Made by a program: the position numbers and the translations under genes | The notes under the pieces: generated by a model | Seen by the model: only the letters and a program-made list of their open reading frames with translations | What the model was told of the DNA's origin: nothing | Database searches by the model: none | Virus record (IMG/VR): IMGVR_UViG_3300037478_000343 | Location: 4,180-68,179 of that record | Length of the DNA: 64,000 nt | Source: a virus | Reading direction: 5' to 3' (one strand) | Shown: piece by piece, positions 9,510 to 18,280 of the stretch | How the letters are laid out: the number at the start of each line of letters is the position of its first letter | How positions within the stretch are numbered: position 1 is the first letter of the stretch

Positions 9510-9913
9510 AGCGTCGCTATCGCATCTCCATCCGGATCAACGGCAAGCGCGTCTACACGAAGCTGTACCGACGCTGGATGGATATGAAGGGCCGCACGAA
9601 AGGCCACTCGACCCGATCACCGCACTTGTACGACGGCCTTGATCTCCACTGGACATCCTTCGCGGAGTTTCGTTCGTGGGCGCTGGTGAACGGGTTCAGC
9701 AAGGGAACGTCGTCTCCTGATAGAAAAGATGCTGATAAGGGCTACGTGCCGGGCAATGTGAAGTTCGTCCCGTGTGTCGAAAACTACTCATCCCGCCGAA
9801 GCTGGCAGCACATGAGCGACTACGCCGTGCGCGGCGATGAGCCGCCCGAGCCCAAGCACGGACCTCATTGTTCGTGCGAATTTTGCGCGGACTATTGGGC
9901 GGCCACGGCATGA
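9506..9913 (+). CDS. HNH-family endonuclease-like protein (phage homing-endonuclease-type)
   Basis: Pattern KLYRRWMDMKGRTKG...YDGLDLHWTSFAEFRSWALVNGF...DRKDADKGYVPGNVKFVPCVENYSSRR resembles the common phage HNH (HNH_3-like) free-standing endonuclease family. ATGA overlap with the helicase stop. Confidence 0.5.
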   Translation: MKRRYRISIRINGKRVYTKLYRRWMDMKGRTKGHSTRSPHLYDGLDLHWTSFAEFRSWALVNGFSKGTSSPDRKDADKGYVPGNVKFVPCVENYSSRRSWQHMSDYAVRGDEPPEPKHGPHCSCEFCADYWAATA

Positions 9914-10851
9914 GCCGGCCCAGCCTCATTTCCGAAGTGCGAGAGACCGCGCGCGGCCGGTGGCCAAACGTCTTGCGTGCGATCGGTGTAGACCCAGCGG
10001 TGCTGAGCGGAAAGCACCAGCCATGCCCGATGTGTGGCGGCGAGGACCGGTTCAGGTTCACCGACCACCAGTCCGAGGGGCGGTATTTTTGCTCCGGGTG
10101 TGGTCCGGGTGACGGGTTCGATCTGGTTGTAGGGGTGTTGGGTGTGTCGATGCGGGATGCGGCGAAAGAGATCAGGAAAATATGCGGTGGTGTGCCGGAG
10201 GCGGACGAGGTTTTTACAGAGCCAGACGTGGACTCGAGAAAGAACGCGCTCAACAGCATGTGGCAGTCCGCTGGTCTGTGGGTGGCTGCGCGCAGGTATC
10301 TGACTACGCGGGGCTGCTTTCGAATGGACGCGGATTTATACCAGGATCTTCGCGGCGGGAATATCTGGCACAAGGAGAAGGGTAGGAGGATGCGTGCCAT
10401 GCTGGCGCTCGTGCGCGACCCCCATGGCCGGCCAGTATCGATCCATCGCACCTTCCTGGACGAGGATGGCAAGCGGTTCGAGCGGAAGATGATGCCGCCC
10501 GTTGGAGACATATCTGGATCGTCGATCAGGCTTGGCATCATCGCTGACAAGGTAATTATTGGCGAGGGTATCGAGACAGTTCTGTCCGGATGCCTCAAGT
10601 TCGAATGGCCCGGCATGGCCGCGATCAGCGCAAACCTGATGCAGATGGTGAAGTTACCCGCTTCCGTGAAGGACGTCATCATCTTGGCGGACAACGACAA
10701 ATCGTTCACCGGTCAGGCCGCGGCATTCACCTTGGCGCGCCGGCTGGACAACGAGAAGCGGCGCGTGTCGGTGTATCTCACGGAGCGGCGCGGAGACTTT
10801 AACGACGACCAGGATCACTACCAGATTTGGAATAACGAAACAGGGGACTAA
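9910..10851 (+). CDS. DNA primase (P4-type Zn-ribbon plus TOPRIM)
   Basis: CPMCGGEDRFRFTDHQSEGRYFCSGCG zinc-binding motif, then a Toprim-like region (IIGEGIETVLS...ILADNDKSFTGQ). ATG at 9910 overlaps the upstream stop (ATGA). Confidence 0.8.
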   Translation: MSRPSLISEVRETARGRWPNVLRAIGVDPAVLSGKHQPCPMCGGEDRFRFTDHQSEGRYFCSGCGPGDGFDLVVGVLGVSMRDAAKEIRKICGGVPEADEVFTEPDVDSRKNALNSMWQSAGLWVAARRYLTTRGCFRMDADLYQDLRGGNIWHKEKGRRMRAMLALVRDPHGRPVSIHRTFLDEDGKRFERKMMPPVGDISGSSIRLGIIADKVIIGEGIETVLSGCLKFEWPGMAAISANLMQMVKLPASVKDVIILADNDKSFTGQAAAFTLARRLDNEKRRVSVYLTERRGDFNDDQDHYQIWNNETGD

Positions 10852-10854
10852 CCA

Positions 10855-11121
10855 ATGCAGCCCGCCACGAACAATCGAAAACAACCACCGCAGCAAGGAA
10901 GCCGCGGCTGGCTTCAGACCTACCTAGACGTGCTTGCAGCAGTCTGCGGTCGAGGCATCAAGCACTACACCAAGACGTTCAGTACACCGCGCGAATGGAT
11001 CGAATTTCAGGTCGGCGGCAGATGCGTGCGGCCTGAACCACGACAGCCTATAGGTGGTCAGAGCTACGCGCAGATCGAACGAGGTCGCTCTATCCGAAAG
11101 AAAGCGCAACTTAGAAAATGA
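10855..11121 (+). CDS. hypothetical protein (88 aa)
   Basis: ORF track, same strand and operon. Confidence 0.4.
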   Translation: MQPATNNRKQPPQQGSRGWLQTYLDVLAAVCGRGIKHYTKTFSTPREWIEFQVGGRCVRPEPRQPIGGQSYAQIERGRSIRKKAQLRK

Positions 11122-11786
11122 ACACACTGGATATAGTTGCCTACAAGGGCGACGTAGAACTCGAGGAGTCCCGATGGTGTAACGCATGGGGCATGACCGT
11201 AAAGGTCAAGCTGGAGCAGCGGCCCCACGAACTGAATGCGGCGAACCCATTTAAGAAGTACAGCAGGATGCGCAAGAACAGGGTTGGCACGAGATTTCAG
11301 GCCGTGTTCGCTGCTGGCGAGGACGACATCTCGTACAACGACGAGGTGATGCTTAAAGGCTGGTCTGACGGCACCACGGGCTGGAAGCTGACGCTCTGGA
11401 TACATGCAAACGATGACGGCCTGCATCCGTTCATGGATAGCCAGAAGGGCACCACGTACGGGCTGGTGATGGTCGAACTCGATGACGATAATGTCGCGAT
11501 AAATCAAAAGAAGAGAGACCGCGTTGAGGCCGCCAAGGACGCGCGGAAGCATGGATACCGGTTGTCGAGCTACGCGGCGATGCTGTGCCGTGAACCGCAG
11601 TTCATGCAGTGGCTGAATACCGGCCCACACGACGAGATCTTCGAGAGCGAGGAGCAGGTCGCCACATGGATGCGCAACCTACTGAGCATCGAGAGCCGCG
11701 CGGATCTGGATCACAGCGAGGCGAAGGCTCAGATGTTTCACGAGGAGGTAAGGAAGCCGTACTCGAAATGGAGCGGGGAACGATGA
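11118..11786 (+). CDS. hypothetical protein (222 aa)
   Basis: ORF track. ATGA overlap with the upstream stop. Globular, protein-like composition. Confidence 0.55.
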   Translation: MNTLDIVAYKGDVELEESRWCNAWGMTVKVKLEQRPHELNAANPFKKYSRMRKNRVGTRFQAVFAAGEDDISYNDEVMLKGWSDGTTGWKLTLWIHANDDGLHPFMDSQKGTTYGLVMVELDDDNVAINQKKRDRVEAAKDARKHGYRLSSYAAMLCREPQFMQWLNTGPHDEIFESEEQVATWMRNLLSIESRADLDHSEAKAQMFHEEVRKPYSKWSGER

Positions 11787-11941
11787 TCAGAATTATCCTA
11801 ATGGCGCTGTTCTACCCGATCCTGGGGGTTTTAATTCTCGCGTTTCTGATCTTGCTGGGTATTGCGATCACCGGGCGCGTGATGTTTGCGTGTGCTGAGG
11901 AAGGGCTGGAGGAGCTATTGTGCGCTTTCCGACGACTGTAA
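11783..11941 (+). CDS. small hydrophobic membrane protein (52 aa)
   Basis: MIRIILMALFYPILGVLILAFLILLGIAITG... ATGA overlap with the stop of the preceding gene. Confidence 0.35.
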   Translation: MIRIILMALFYPILGVLILAFLILLGIAITGRVMFACAEEGLEELLCAFRRL

Positions 11942-12271
11942 AGGCTCACCACGATCGCGTGCGCGCGTGTAGATGTGTCGTGACCGCATCGCCACAAGTC
12001 ACCATTCACCATTGCCACGGCGGTTCGATGAAAGACGCTGGATTTCACTCTGGCGGTGCTCAGAGGGGAGTGGGGGAGGCGCTGGTGCTGCCTTTGAAAG
12101 CGGGGTTCCATTTCGGGGATAACGGTATCGACAACGGTGTCGGTGTCGAGACGTGGGAAATTTGGTACGGGACTCAGGTAGGGTTTTTGAAAGAGATTTC
12201 TGAGCTACTTGAGTATGATGTCTTCGAACTACACCGCCTTTGGGAAAAGGAGCCGCCGCCACGAGGATGAC

Positions 12272-12769
12272 ATGGAAGTCAAGATACGCCCATTAGTAGC
12301 AGGTCCGCGGCTCGAGATCGACGAGCAGAAGGAAGCGTGGAAGTGGCTGGCCAGCGTTCAGGTTGGTGACAAGTGCCTTCAAGACTACAGCTTTATGTGC
12401 CCTAACGGCACCCAGCTAGCCGGCGGCCGCAACCGCCGTGCGCAATACATGTCGAGCCTGAAGGCGCAGGGATTCAAGACCGGCGTCAGCGACCTTGTGA
12501 TTGCTTATCCGGTCGGAGAGTTCCATAGCGGAGATTACCCCGGTGGCGCGTTCCATGGCGCCTATATTGAGCTGAAGCGTGTGCGGGAGGCATTCAAGGG
12601 ACCCGCGGCCTTGGCGGCCAGCGTCAGTGAGGACCAAAAGGGCTGGCTTCGGCTGATGGCCTCGGTCGGCTACTGGGTGTACGTGGCGTACGGCGCGGAA
12701 GACTTTAAGGTTGCCGTCAGATCGTACCTGCAAAGAAAAAATCAGCCACCCCTTGATTTTTCTCTGTGA
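12272..12769 (+). CDS. VRR-NUC domain nuclease
   Basis: GVSDLVIAYPVGEFHSGDYPGGAFHGAYIELKRV...KGWL fits the VRR-NUC (PD-(D/E)xK) pattern. In-frame ATG at 12272 (MEVKIRPL) within track ORF 12209..12769. Confidence 0.65.
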   Translation: MEVKIRPLVAGPRLEIDEQKEAWKWLASVQVGDKCLQDYSFMCPNGTQLAGGRNRRAQYMSSLKAQGFKTGVSDLVIAYPVGEFHSGDYPGGAFHGAYIELKRVREAFKGPAALAASVSEDQKGWLRLMASVGYWVYVAYGAEDFKVAVRSYLQRKNQPPLDFSL

Positions 12770-12824
12770 CCCGCTAACCTCAGTGTGAACGTGAGGTATC
12801 AGCATTCGATGAGGATTTGCATGC

Positions 12825-13139
12825 ATGAGTAGATTAAGATCCGAGTGCCACGACTCAAAAAATCCGGCACTCCCAAACGACACGGCGCTTTTCTTGATAC
12901 GCGATTCGGTGGCGCGTCGTCGATCACTGATTCACGGTAGGTTGCATGACGGAAGCGGCAAGCATTGCGCCATTGGAGCGTTCTGGGATGACAACCCAGG
13001 TACAACCCTGAGTTCGTCGCTCATTGATGAGGTCGCTGCGGTGAATGATTCGCTCCCGTCTACGGCCACGCCGAAAGAGCGCTGGAAAAAAGTCAACGAA
13101 TGGTTGCGGTGGAAGATTAAAGCGCTGTCAGCCAAGTAA
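12825..13139 (+). CDS. hypothetical protein (104 aa)
   Basis: ORF track. GAGGA RBS upstream. Confidence 0.45.
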   Translation: MSRLRSECHDSKNPALPNDTALFLIRDSVARRRSLIHGRLHDGSGKHCAIGAFWDDNPGTTLSSSLIDEVAAVNDSLPSTATPKERWKKVNEWLRWKIKALSAK

Positions 13140-13259
13140 CAGAAACTTTCAAGCCGATGTAGGCAACGAAAAGTGCTCAGGCAGACTGACCTGAGGGGGC
13201 TGGGACACCGGGAACTTTTGGACCAGAGCTGGTGTATCCGCGAGTCCACATACGAGAAA

Positions 13260-13296
13260 GGCCCCGCCAGTTCGGTGCCGGTGGGGCCTTTATTTC
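13260..13296. terminator. rho-independent terminator, probably bidirectional
   Basis: GGCCCCGCC-N-GGTGGGGCC stem-loop followed by TTTATTT on the plus strand and preceded by an A-run. Lies between convergent genes ending at 13139 (+) and 13399 (-). Confidence 0.45.
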
Positions 13297-13398
13297 GTGG
13301 ACGCTGGTCCGGTGGTTGTGCATACTATGGACTCTGCGGCCGGTAGCTCCCCACTCCCGATGCTTCTCCCCCTAAAAAGAAGGGAGCGCCGGCCCTTT

Positions 13399-13647
13399 TC
13401 ACACTCCCCGCAGGAATCCTCGAGCGCCCTTGGTTATGCCGTACTGGCGTCCTATTTTGCGATAGCGTCTGGCGGCCTTCTTGATTGAGCCGTCCAGGGA
13501 CGAGGTATACCGGTCAACCTCTGCGTTCGCCATCTTATGCATCCTGATTGGAAACTCGATCACGACATACGGGGTGAACTTTCGCCCCGGCTTGCCCATG
13601 AGGGCGGTACGGGTGCCTTCGTCATCGCGCAGTCTTACTAATCGCAT
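13399..13647 (-). CDS. hypothetical basic protein (about 82 aa)
   Basis: Track ORF 13399..13683. Internal ATG at 13647 (MRLVRL...) preceded by a strong GAGGAGAAG RBS. Confidence 0.45.
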   Translation of the reverse strand: MRLVRLRDDEGTRTALMGKPGRKFTPYVVIEFPIRMHKMANAEVDRYTSSLDGSIKKAARRYRKIGRQYGITKGARGFLRGV

Positions 13648-14066
13648 GGTCTTCTCCTCGTGAAAATTTTTCGGCCTACTCATAGATTGCTACTTTGGTT
13701 CCGTGCTAATGTCCTGCCACTACAAGGATAAACGTCGCAACCATCTGATAGACTTGTATTTTACAGGACGCCGAGCAAACTGTCAACGGGTAGGTTTTTC
13801 AGGGACTTACGGATGTGATTACGGACCAGGAAGGAAGAATATGCGCCTCGGAACTCATAATTTCGCTGGATGACATGGATGCAATGCAGCGCGCTATCAG
13901 GGTTGGTCCATATTTGTACGCGGGGATCTTGCACGCGGTACGCGACCTGGCCGGCCTTGGGATCGAATTGGAAAAAGGATCGGTGTCTTTCGCAAGAGAT
14001 ATTGAACTGAACATTACAACGGTGACGGTCCGGTCTGATTGGCGACCGCCGTCGAGGAGGTAAGTG

Positions 14067-14315
14067 ATGCTCGCACCACACAGCGTCTATGGCTACGTGT
14101 CCGAGAAAGACATCGAGGAGGCCATCGAAAAGAGGCTGAGGACCACCGGCGCCGACAAGAAGGACGTTCTGGCGTCGCTGCTTGGGGAGGCCATCAACAC
14201 TCTCTTGAAGATTAACTCAGCGATACCCATCAGCTCACGACACCGGCACCTGATCTCGGGTCCGATGGAAGAATTTGCGAATGGCAGCGGCAAAGAAACA
14301 TATCCGACATCCTAG
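14067..14315 (+). CDS. hypothetical protein (82 aa)
   Basis: ATG at 14067 with a GAGGAGG RBS. Track ORF 14064..14315. Confidence 0.45.
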   Translation: MLAPHSVYGYVSEKDIEEAIEKRLRTTGADKKDVLASLLGEAINTLLKINSAIPISSRHRHLISGPMEEFANGSGKETYPTS

Positions 14316-15135
14316 TAGGGGTCGCGAAACGATCTGCGGACGGATGTCGGTAACGTTCGCCGCGAAGGACGGTGATGCGACTTGCGGTGTGTGCCGGTCG
14401 ATGGCGACGAACGGAAACCTTGAGAAGCTACGGCTGAACGACTCCAAGGAGAAGTTTCCCGGCGCCAACCAGAGCGGCAATCCCCGCATGACGGACCTGC
14501 AGAAGGCATTTGCAGCTCATCCTCTGGTGACGACCAACCCACGTCGCGCGGCGATTGAGGTTGGTTACAGCGAGTCCTACGCAGAGGATCACGCGCACGC
14601 GCTCAGGAAGCAGTTGTCGTTCGCCATTATCGCGAACCAGGAGGAGGCCAGGAAGCTATCTGCAATTTCGGCTGCTCGAGTGCAGCAGGAGCTTGCATCG
14701 ATGGGATTTGCAAATATTTTGGATTACTACGATGTTTGCGCTGAGACCGGGGAAGCCACCCCGAAGCAACTGAACGAACTGACGCGCGAGCAAGCGGCGG
14801 CCGTTCAGGAGGTAGAGATGTTGGAAATCGAGGATGCTGATGGCACTAAGAGAAAGGTGCTGGGGCGCATCAAGCTCACGGACAAGCGTGCGGCATTGGT
14901 TGAACTGGGAAAAACCATTGGACTTTTCAACAAATTTACCATTGAGGACCGCCGGCAGAACACGCTAGACCTTGAGCAGGTACCTACCGAGGACCTTGAG
15001 AAGGTCGAACGGTACCTGTTGAACGCCGCCCGCAAGACGCGGGACAAGATCGACAATCATGAGGCCATACCTGGCGAATACGCCGAGGCCGGGACATTAC
15101 TAGAGGGGCCACAGGATGGCGGTCAAGAAAACTGA
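14281..15135 (+). CDS. terS: terminase small subunit (Terminase_2 / P27-like); start uncertain (14281-14488)
   Basis: MTDLQKAFAAHPLVTTNPRRAAIEVGYSESYA...KLTDKRAALVELGKTIGLF matches the Terminase_2 small-subunit pattern, including the conserved C-terminal KLxDKxxALELLGKxLGxF-like segment. Confidence 0.75.
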   Translation: MAAAKKHIRHPSRGRETICGRMSVTFAAKDGDATCGVCRSMATNGNLEKLRLNDSKEKFPGANQSGNPRMTDLQKAFAAHPLVTTNPRRAAIEVGYSESYAEDHAHALRKQLSFAIIANQEEARKLSAISAARVQQELASMGFANILDYYDVCAETGEATPKQLNELTREQAAAVQEVEMLEIEDADGTKRKVLGRIKLTDKRAALVELGKTIGLFNKFTIEDRRQNTLDLEQVPTEDLEKVERYLLNAARKTRDKIDNHEAIPGEYAEAGTLLEGPQDGGQEN

Positions 15136-16300
15136 TTTAGATGGACTGGATCAATTCTGTACAAACGACGGGCAGAAGGCACTGCTTGCTGCAATTCGAG
15201 AATCCCGAACGCACAGGGAGGCCGCCAACAAGCTCGGGACTACCGAGAGAAACGTAGCCTACAAGCTCCAGAGACTGCGAGAGAAGGCTGCAAAGGCCGG
15301 ATACTCCCCGCAGCACGACATGACCAAGACGACTCCCGAGGGATTTAGCGTCAAGGGCACATCGACGCTCTACGATCCAGGCGGCGTGGTCAAGCTGCAG
15401 TGGGTCAAGACGCAGCGCGATCAGGAACTGCGGCAAGAGATCATGCGGCAGTTCGTGGAGGAACTGAGCGACACCGTGACACCCCGTAAACGCATCGCGC
15501 TCGGCAAGAAATCTACGGCCAAGGATCTGATGGTTGGCTACCCCATAGGCGATCATCACTGGGGCATGTACGCATACGCCGCGGAGACCGGCGGCGACTA
15601 CGATTGCAAGATCGCGAAGAAGGTCCTTGCAGACGCGGTAGACAATCTCGTGGACGCGGCCCCTGCGGCCGAGACAGCCCTTCTCGCGAACTTGGGCGAT
15701 TACCTGCACATGGATAACCGATCGAACGTAACTCCGGCCAGCGGGCACATGCTGGACGTTGACACGCGATACAGCCGCGTCATTCGCTTGGCGGCCTTCG
15801 GGTTGGCCCATTCCATAGAGAGGCTTTTGGAGAAGCACAAGCGTGTTCGAATGGTCAATGTTCCCGGTAATCACGATCAAGACTCCGCTTCGTGGCTGTC
15901 TCTTGTGATGCAGGCGTATTTTCGCAACGAGCCACGCGTCGAGATAGATATGTCTCCGGCTGTGTTCCTGTTTTACCGCTTCGGCGCCAACATGATATGC
16001 ATGACGCACGGTCATACCGTGAAGCTGGAAAACCTACCCAGCATCATGGCGAGCCTGCAACCCCAAATGTGGGGAGAGACCACATACCGCGTTGGATGGA
16101 CCGGCCACGTCCATCACAGCCAGACGGTCATTGGCAAGGAGAATCATGGTGCTGTCGCCGAGTCTTTTGGTGTTCTCGGGCCGTGCGACGCCTACAGCGC
16201 ATCCAGGGGCCACGGTGCCCGGCGGGAGATGAATGCGATTACCTTCAAAAGAGACGGCGGCATCAAGTGTCGCGCCACATACAACGCCGACTTGCCATGA
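15116..16300 (+). CDS. HTH domain fused to a calcineurin-like metallophosphoesterase
   Basis: N-terminal sigma70-r4/LuxR-like HTH (THREAANKLGTTERNVAYKLQRLR), then metallophosphoesterase motifs GDHHWG, GDYLHMDN, GNHD, MTHGH, GHVHH in the canonical order. GAGGGG RBS. Overlaps the terS end. Confidence 0.7.
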   Translation: MAVKKTDLDGLDQFCTNDGQKALLAAIRESRTHREAANKLGTTERNVAYKLQRLREKAAKAGYSPQHDMTKTTPEGFSVKGTSTLYDPGGVVKLQWVKTQRDQELRQEIMRQFVEELSDTVTPRKRIALGKKSTAKDLMVGYPIGDHHWGMYAYAAETGGDYDCKIAKKVLADAVDNLVDAAPAAETALLANLGDYLHMDNRSNVTPASGHMLDVDTRYSRVIRLAAFGLAHSIERLLEKHKRVRMVNVPGNHDQDSASWLSLVMQAYFRNEPRVEIDMSPAVFLFYRFGANMICMTHGHTVKLENLPSIMASLQPQMWGETTYRVGWTGHVHHSQTVIGKENHGAVAESFGVLGPCDAYSASRGHGARREMNAITFKRDGGIKCRATYNADLP

Positions 16301-16644
16301 GCGCGCCTTTGGATGCAAAGGTTCGCAAGAACCTGCCATTGTGGCGAGGCTTTCTGCGCTACTTCCCGGATGCGTCGCTCGCGGTGGCGAAGCTGTCCTT
16401 GATCGGGAACGAGCAACACAATCCTGGGGAGGAACTGCACTGGGCGCGTGGCAAGTCCATGGACCAATACGACTGCCTCGCTCGCCATCTGCTGGACGCC
16501 GACCTACTCGACTCCGATCTTGTGCCGCACGCAGTCAAGGTCGCATGGCGCGCCATGGCCGGCCTACAGACTTACCTTGAGCAGAATCCGTGGGACACGT
16601 CCGTTGAGGAGTGCCTTGCGGCAGCGAAGAAGGGGAATGACTGA
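16297..16644 (+). CDS. DUF5664-like protein (resembles the N-terminal domain of phage dATP/dGTP diphosphohydrolases)
   Basis: PLWRGFLRYFPDASLAVAKLSLIGNEQHNPGEELHWARGKSMDQYDCLARHLLDADL... pattern recalled from that family. ATGA overlap with the upstream stop. Assignment by memory of the motif only. Confidence 0.45.
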   Translation: MSAPLDAKVRKNLPLWRGFLRYFPDASLAVAKLSLIGNEQHNPGEELHWARGKSMDQYDCLARHLLDADLLDSDLVPHAVKVAWRAMAGLQTYLEQNPWDTSVEECLAAAKKGND

Positions 16645-16853
16645 TGCCGCCCATCTACGAATATGTGTGCGAAGACTGCGATTCGGTGTTCTCTATCCTG
16701 ACGACCTTCGATCATCGCAGGGACGCACAGATATGTCCGAATTGCGAATCGCGGGACAACCATCCGATCTTGTCTCCGACCAGAACCACCTTCAAATTCG
16801 CTGACAGATGTGCAGAGAAGCGCATACGGGCCCCCAAGGAGAAACGGCGATGA
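16644..16853 (+). CDS. FmdB-family zinc-ribbon protein
   Basis: MPPIYEYVCEDCDSVF...ICPNCES: classic FmdB CxxC...CxxC ribbon. ATGA overlap with the upstream stop. Confidence 0.55.
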   Translation: MPPIYEYVCEDCDSVFSILTTFDHRRDAQICPNCESRDNHPILSPTRTTFKFADRCAEKRIRAPKEKRR

Positions 16854-17500
16854 AAGAACTGGATCGCATAGGCGTCGAGGATGACGCTTGGATGATGACC
16901 GCTCTTGGCGGCGCGGTTTACTTTCTGAGGCCGGCCGACTCCGACATAAACATTGAGGCAGTAGCCCTGCACGCGGGCAAGCTGTGTCGGTGGGGCGGTG
17001 CTGTATCGAGATTCTACTCTGTTGGGCAGCACCAATGCATGGTTGGGACATTGATCCAGCGCCAGCTTGATGCCGATGGCATTTCGGATGCCACAGAGGA
17101 GTACTGGGACCAGATACTGGCCGGCCTTTTGCACGATGGCGGCGAGTCATTCACAAATGACGTCGTCAGCCCGCTCAAGCACATCATGGGGGGCAAGTAC
17201 GATTGGATCGAGACCGGACTGGTTCGTGAGCTATTCCACCGCTACGGGGTGGACTGGGCCTACTACAACCAGACCGTGAACGACGCCGACAGGCTTGCAT
17301 CCGAGATCGAGCGCACGTTTCTTCTGCCCGATCATCCGCGGTTCCCAAAGAAGGACCCGGCAACACTGCCGTACCGGATTGAAAAAGAAGATTGCTGGGG
17401 TCCGGACGTTGCCGGCGACAAGTACCTTCAGGCCGTCAGGTACGTTATGGAAAGGCGCAAGCAGACCAGAATTGAGGGTCGAAATGCAACGTCTGGTTGA
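16850..17500 (+). CDS. HD-domain phosphohydrolase
   Basis: H...(ALHAGK)...QH...LLHDGGESF...D arrangement typical of HD-superfamily hydrolases (YfbR/5'-deoxynucleotidase-like). AAGGAG RBS. ATG overlaps the upstream stop. Confidence 0.6.
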   Translation: MKELDRIGVEDDAWMMTALGGAVYFLRPADSDINIEAVALHAGKLCRWGGAVSRFYSVGQHQCMVGTLIQRQLDADGISDATEEYWDQILAGLLHDGGESFTNDVVSPLKHIMGGKYDWIETGLVRELFHRYGVDWAYYNQTVNDADRLASEIERTFLLPDHPRFPKKDPATLPYRIEKEDCWGPDVAGDKYLQAVRYVMERRKQTRIEGRNATSG

Positions 17501-17678
17501 CTGGAGCACTGCATACGTCACAAGGGCGCGCATGTGGATATTCAGCGGCCACTGGCGCGCTGTGTCACGGTACGCGATTAACGTACGGTTCCTGGAATGC
17601 GTGCGATGCAGGGATGAGGAGAACGCGCGGGCCGTAGCTGAGATTCACAACAGCTCGCGCGGTTTGTGGAGTTTCTAG
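17484..17678 (+). CDS. hypothetical small protein (64 aa)
   Basis: In-frame ATG with GAGGGT RBS. Overlaps the 3' end of the HD gene. Confidence 0.3.
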   Translation: MQRLVDWSTAYVTRARMWIFSGHWRAVSRYAINVRFLECVRCRDEENARAVAEIHNSSRGLWSF

Positions 17679-17938
17679 GCGGCTATGTCGCCCGTGCGCG
17701 GGTCTTTTGCCCACTCGAATTCCTGGCCCTCGTCTTCGTGGTGCGGGACAAATCCCGGGTCGTCGAGGAATTTCTTCAGGTGTGCGTTATTGAGCGCGAG
17801 CCTGTGCAGGCGCTCGTAGAGGCATGGCAGCACTGCATCGTGCGGTATGAAGCCACCTTTCGCCCTTTGGATCTGTAGTTCGTTCTCTGCGGTGATGATG
17901 TGGATCAGTTGCTTGGCGTTGTCCGTGAGTACGGTCAT
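17675..17938 (-). CDS. hypothetical protein (87 aa)
   Basis: ORF track. GGGGA RBS 7 nt upstream of the ATG. Convergent with the plus-strand cassette. Confidence 0.45.
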   Translation of the reverse strand: MTVLTDNAKQLIHIITAENELQIQRAKGGFIPHDAVLPCLYERLHRLALNNAHLKKFLDDPGFVPHHEDEGQEFEWAKDPRTGDIAA

Positions 17939-17975
17939 CGTTTGTCCCCATGCGAAGTTTAATAACTACGGCTCC

Positions 17976-18004
17976 AACGTAGCAAATCGCCGACAGGAGA
18001 TCAA
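17976..18004 (-). promoter_or_regulatory. candidate sigma70-type promoter for the 17938..17675 gene
   Basis: On the minus strand: TTGATC (-35), 17-nt spacer, TACGTT (-10), about 30 nt upstream of the start codon. Confidence 0.25.
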
Positions 18005-18037
18005 GGGTTATGTGAATTTTCTTTGATGGTCGTCACA

Positions 18038-18066
18038 TAAAAAAAGACCCGGACTCGCCGGGCCTT
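18038..18066 (-). terminator. rho-independent terminator of the leftward small-gene operon
   Basis: Minus-strand reading: CCCGG-CGAGT-CCGGG hairpin followed by TCTTTTTTT, directly downstream of the gene ending at 18084. Confidence 0.45.
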
Positions 18067-18083
18067 TGAGAGTGATGGGTTTT

Positions 18084-18269
18084 TCACTGGGCATTTGGTA
18101 ATGGTGGCTGATCGGACGTGAATGCGTACGTTGGGTCCTCCGGGATCAGTTCCGCAATTTTGTCGACCTCTCTTTGCAGATCCTGCAGCTTTTGTCTCAG
18201 CTCGATAATTACGTCTCCCTTGATGTAGTAGTAAGCATCGGCCTGTAGGGTTGTTTTTGTTGGTCCCAT
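18084..18269 (-). CDS. hypothetical protein (61 aa)
   Basis: ORF track, followed by the terminator. Confidence 0.4.
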   Translation of the reverse strand: MGPTKTTLQADAYYYIKGDVIIELRQKLQDLQREVDKIAELIPEDPTYAFTSDQPPLPNAQ

Positions 18270-18280
18270 GGGTGGCTCCT

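Noticed and set aside
9696-10709. 337-aa minus-strand ORF across the primase gene
   Set aside because: Antisense shadow ORF. Pro/Arg/Ser-rich junk translation.
12777-12795. Hairpin CCTCA-N9-TGAGG after the VRR-NUC gene as a terminator
   Set aside because: No downstream U-run and a short stem. Probably not a terminator.
15137-16015. 292-aa minus-strand ORF across the HTH-metallophosphoesterase gene
   Set aside because: Antisense shadow ORF. The plus-strand frame carries all the catalytic motifs.
15116-17500. Interpretation of the hydrolase cassette as a Z-genome (2-aminoadenine) DatZ/MazZ module
   Set aside because: No PurZ-like adenylosuccinate-synthetase homolog (GDEGKGK motif) and no dedicated polymerase are present anywhere in the window.
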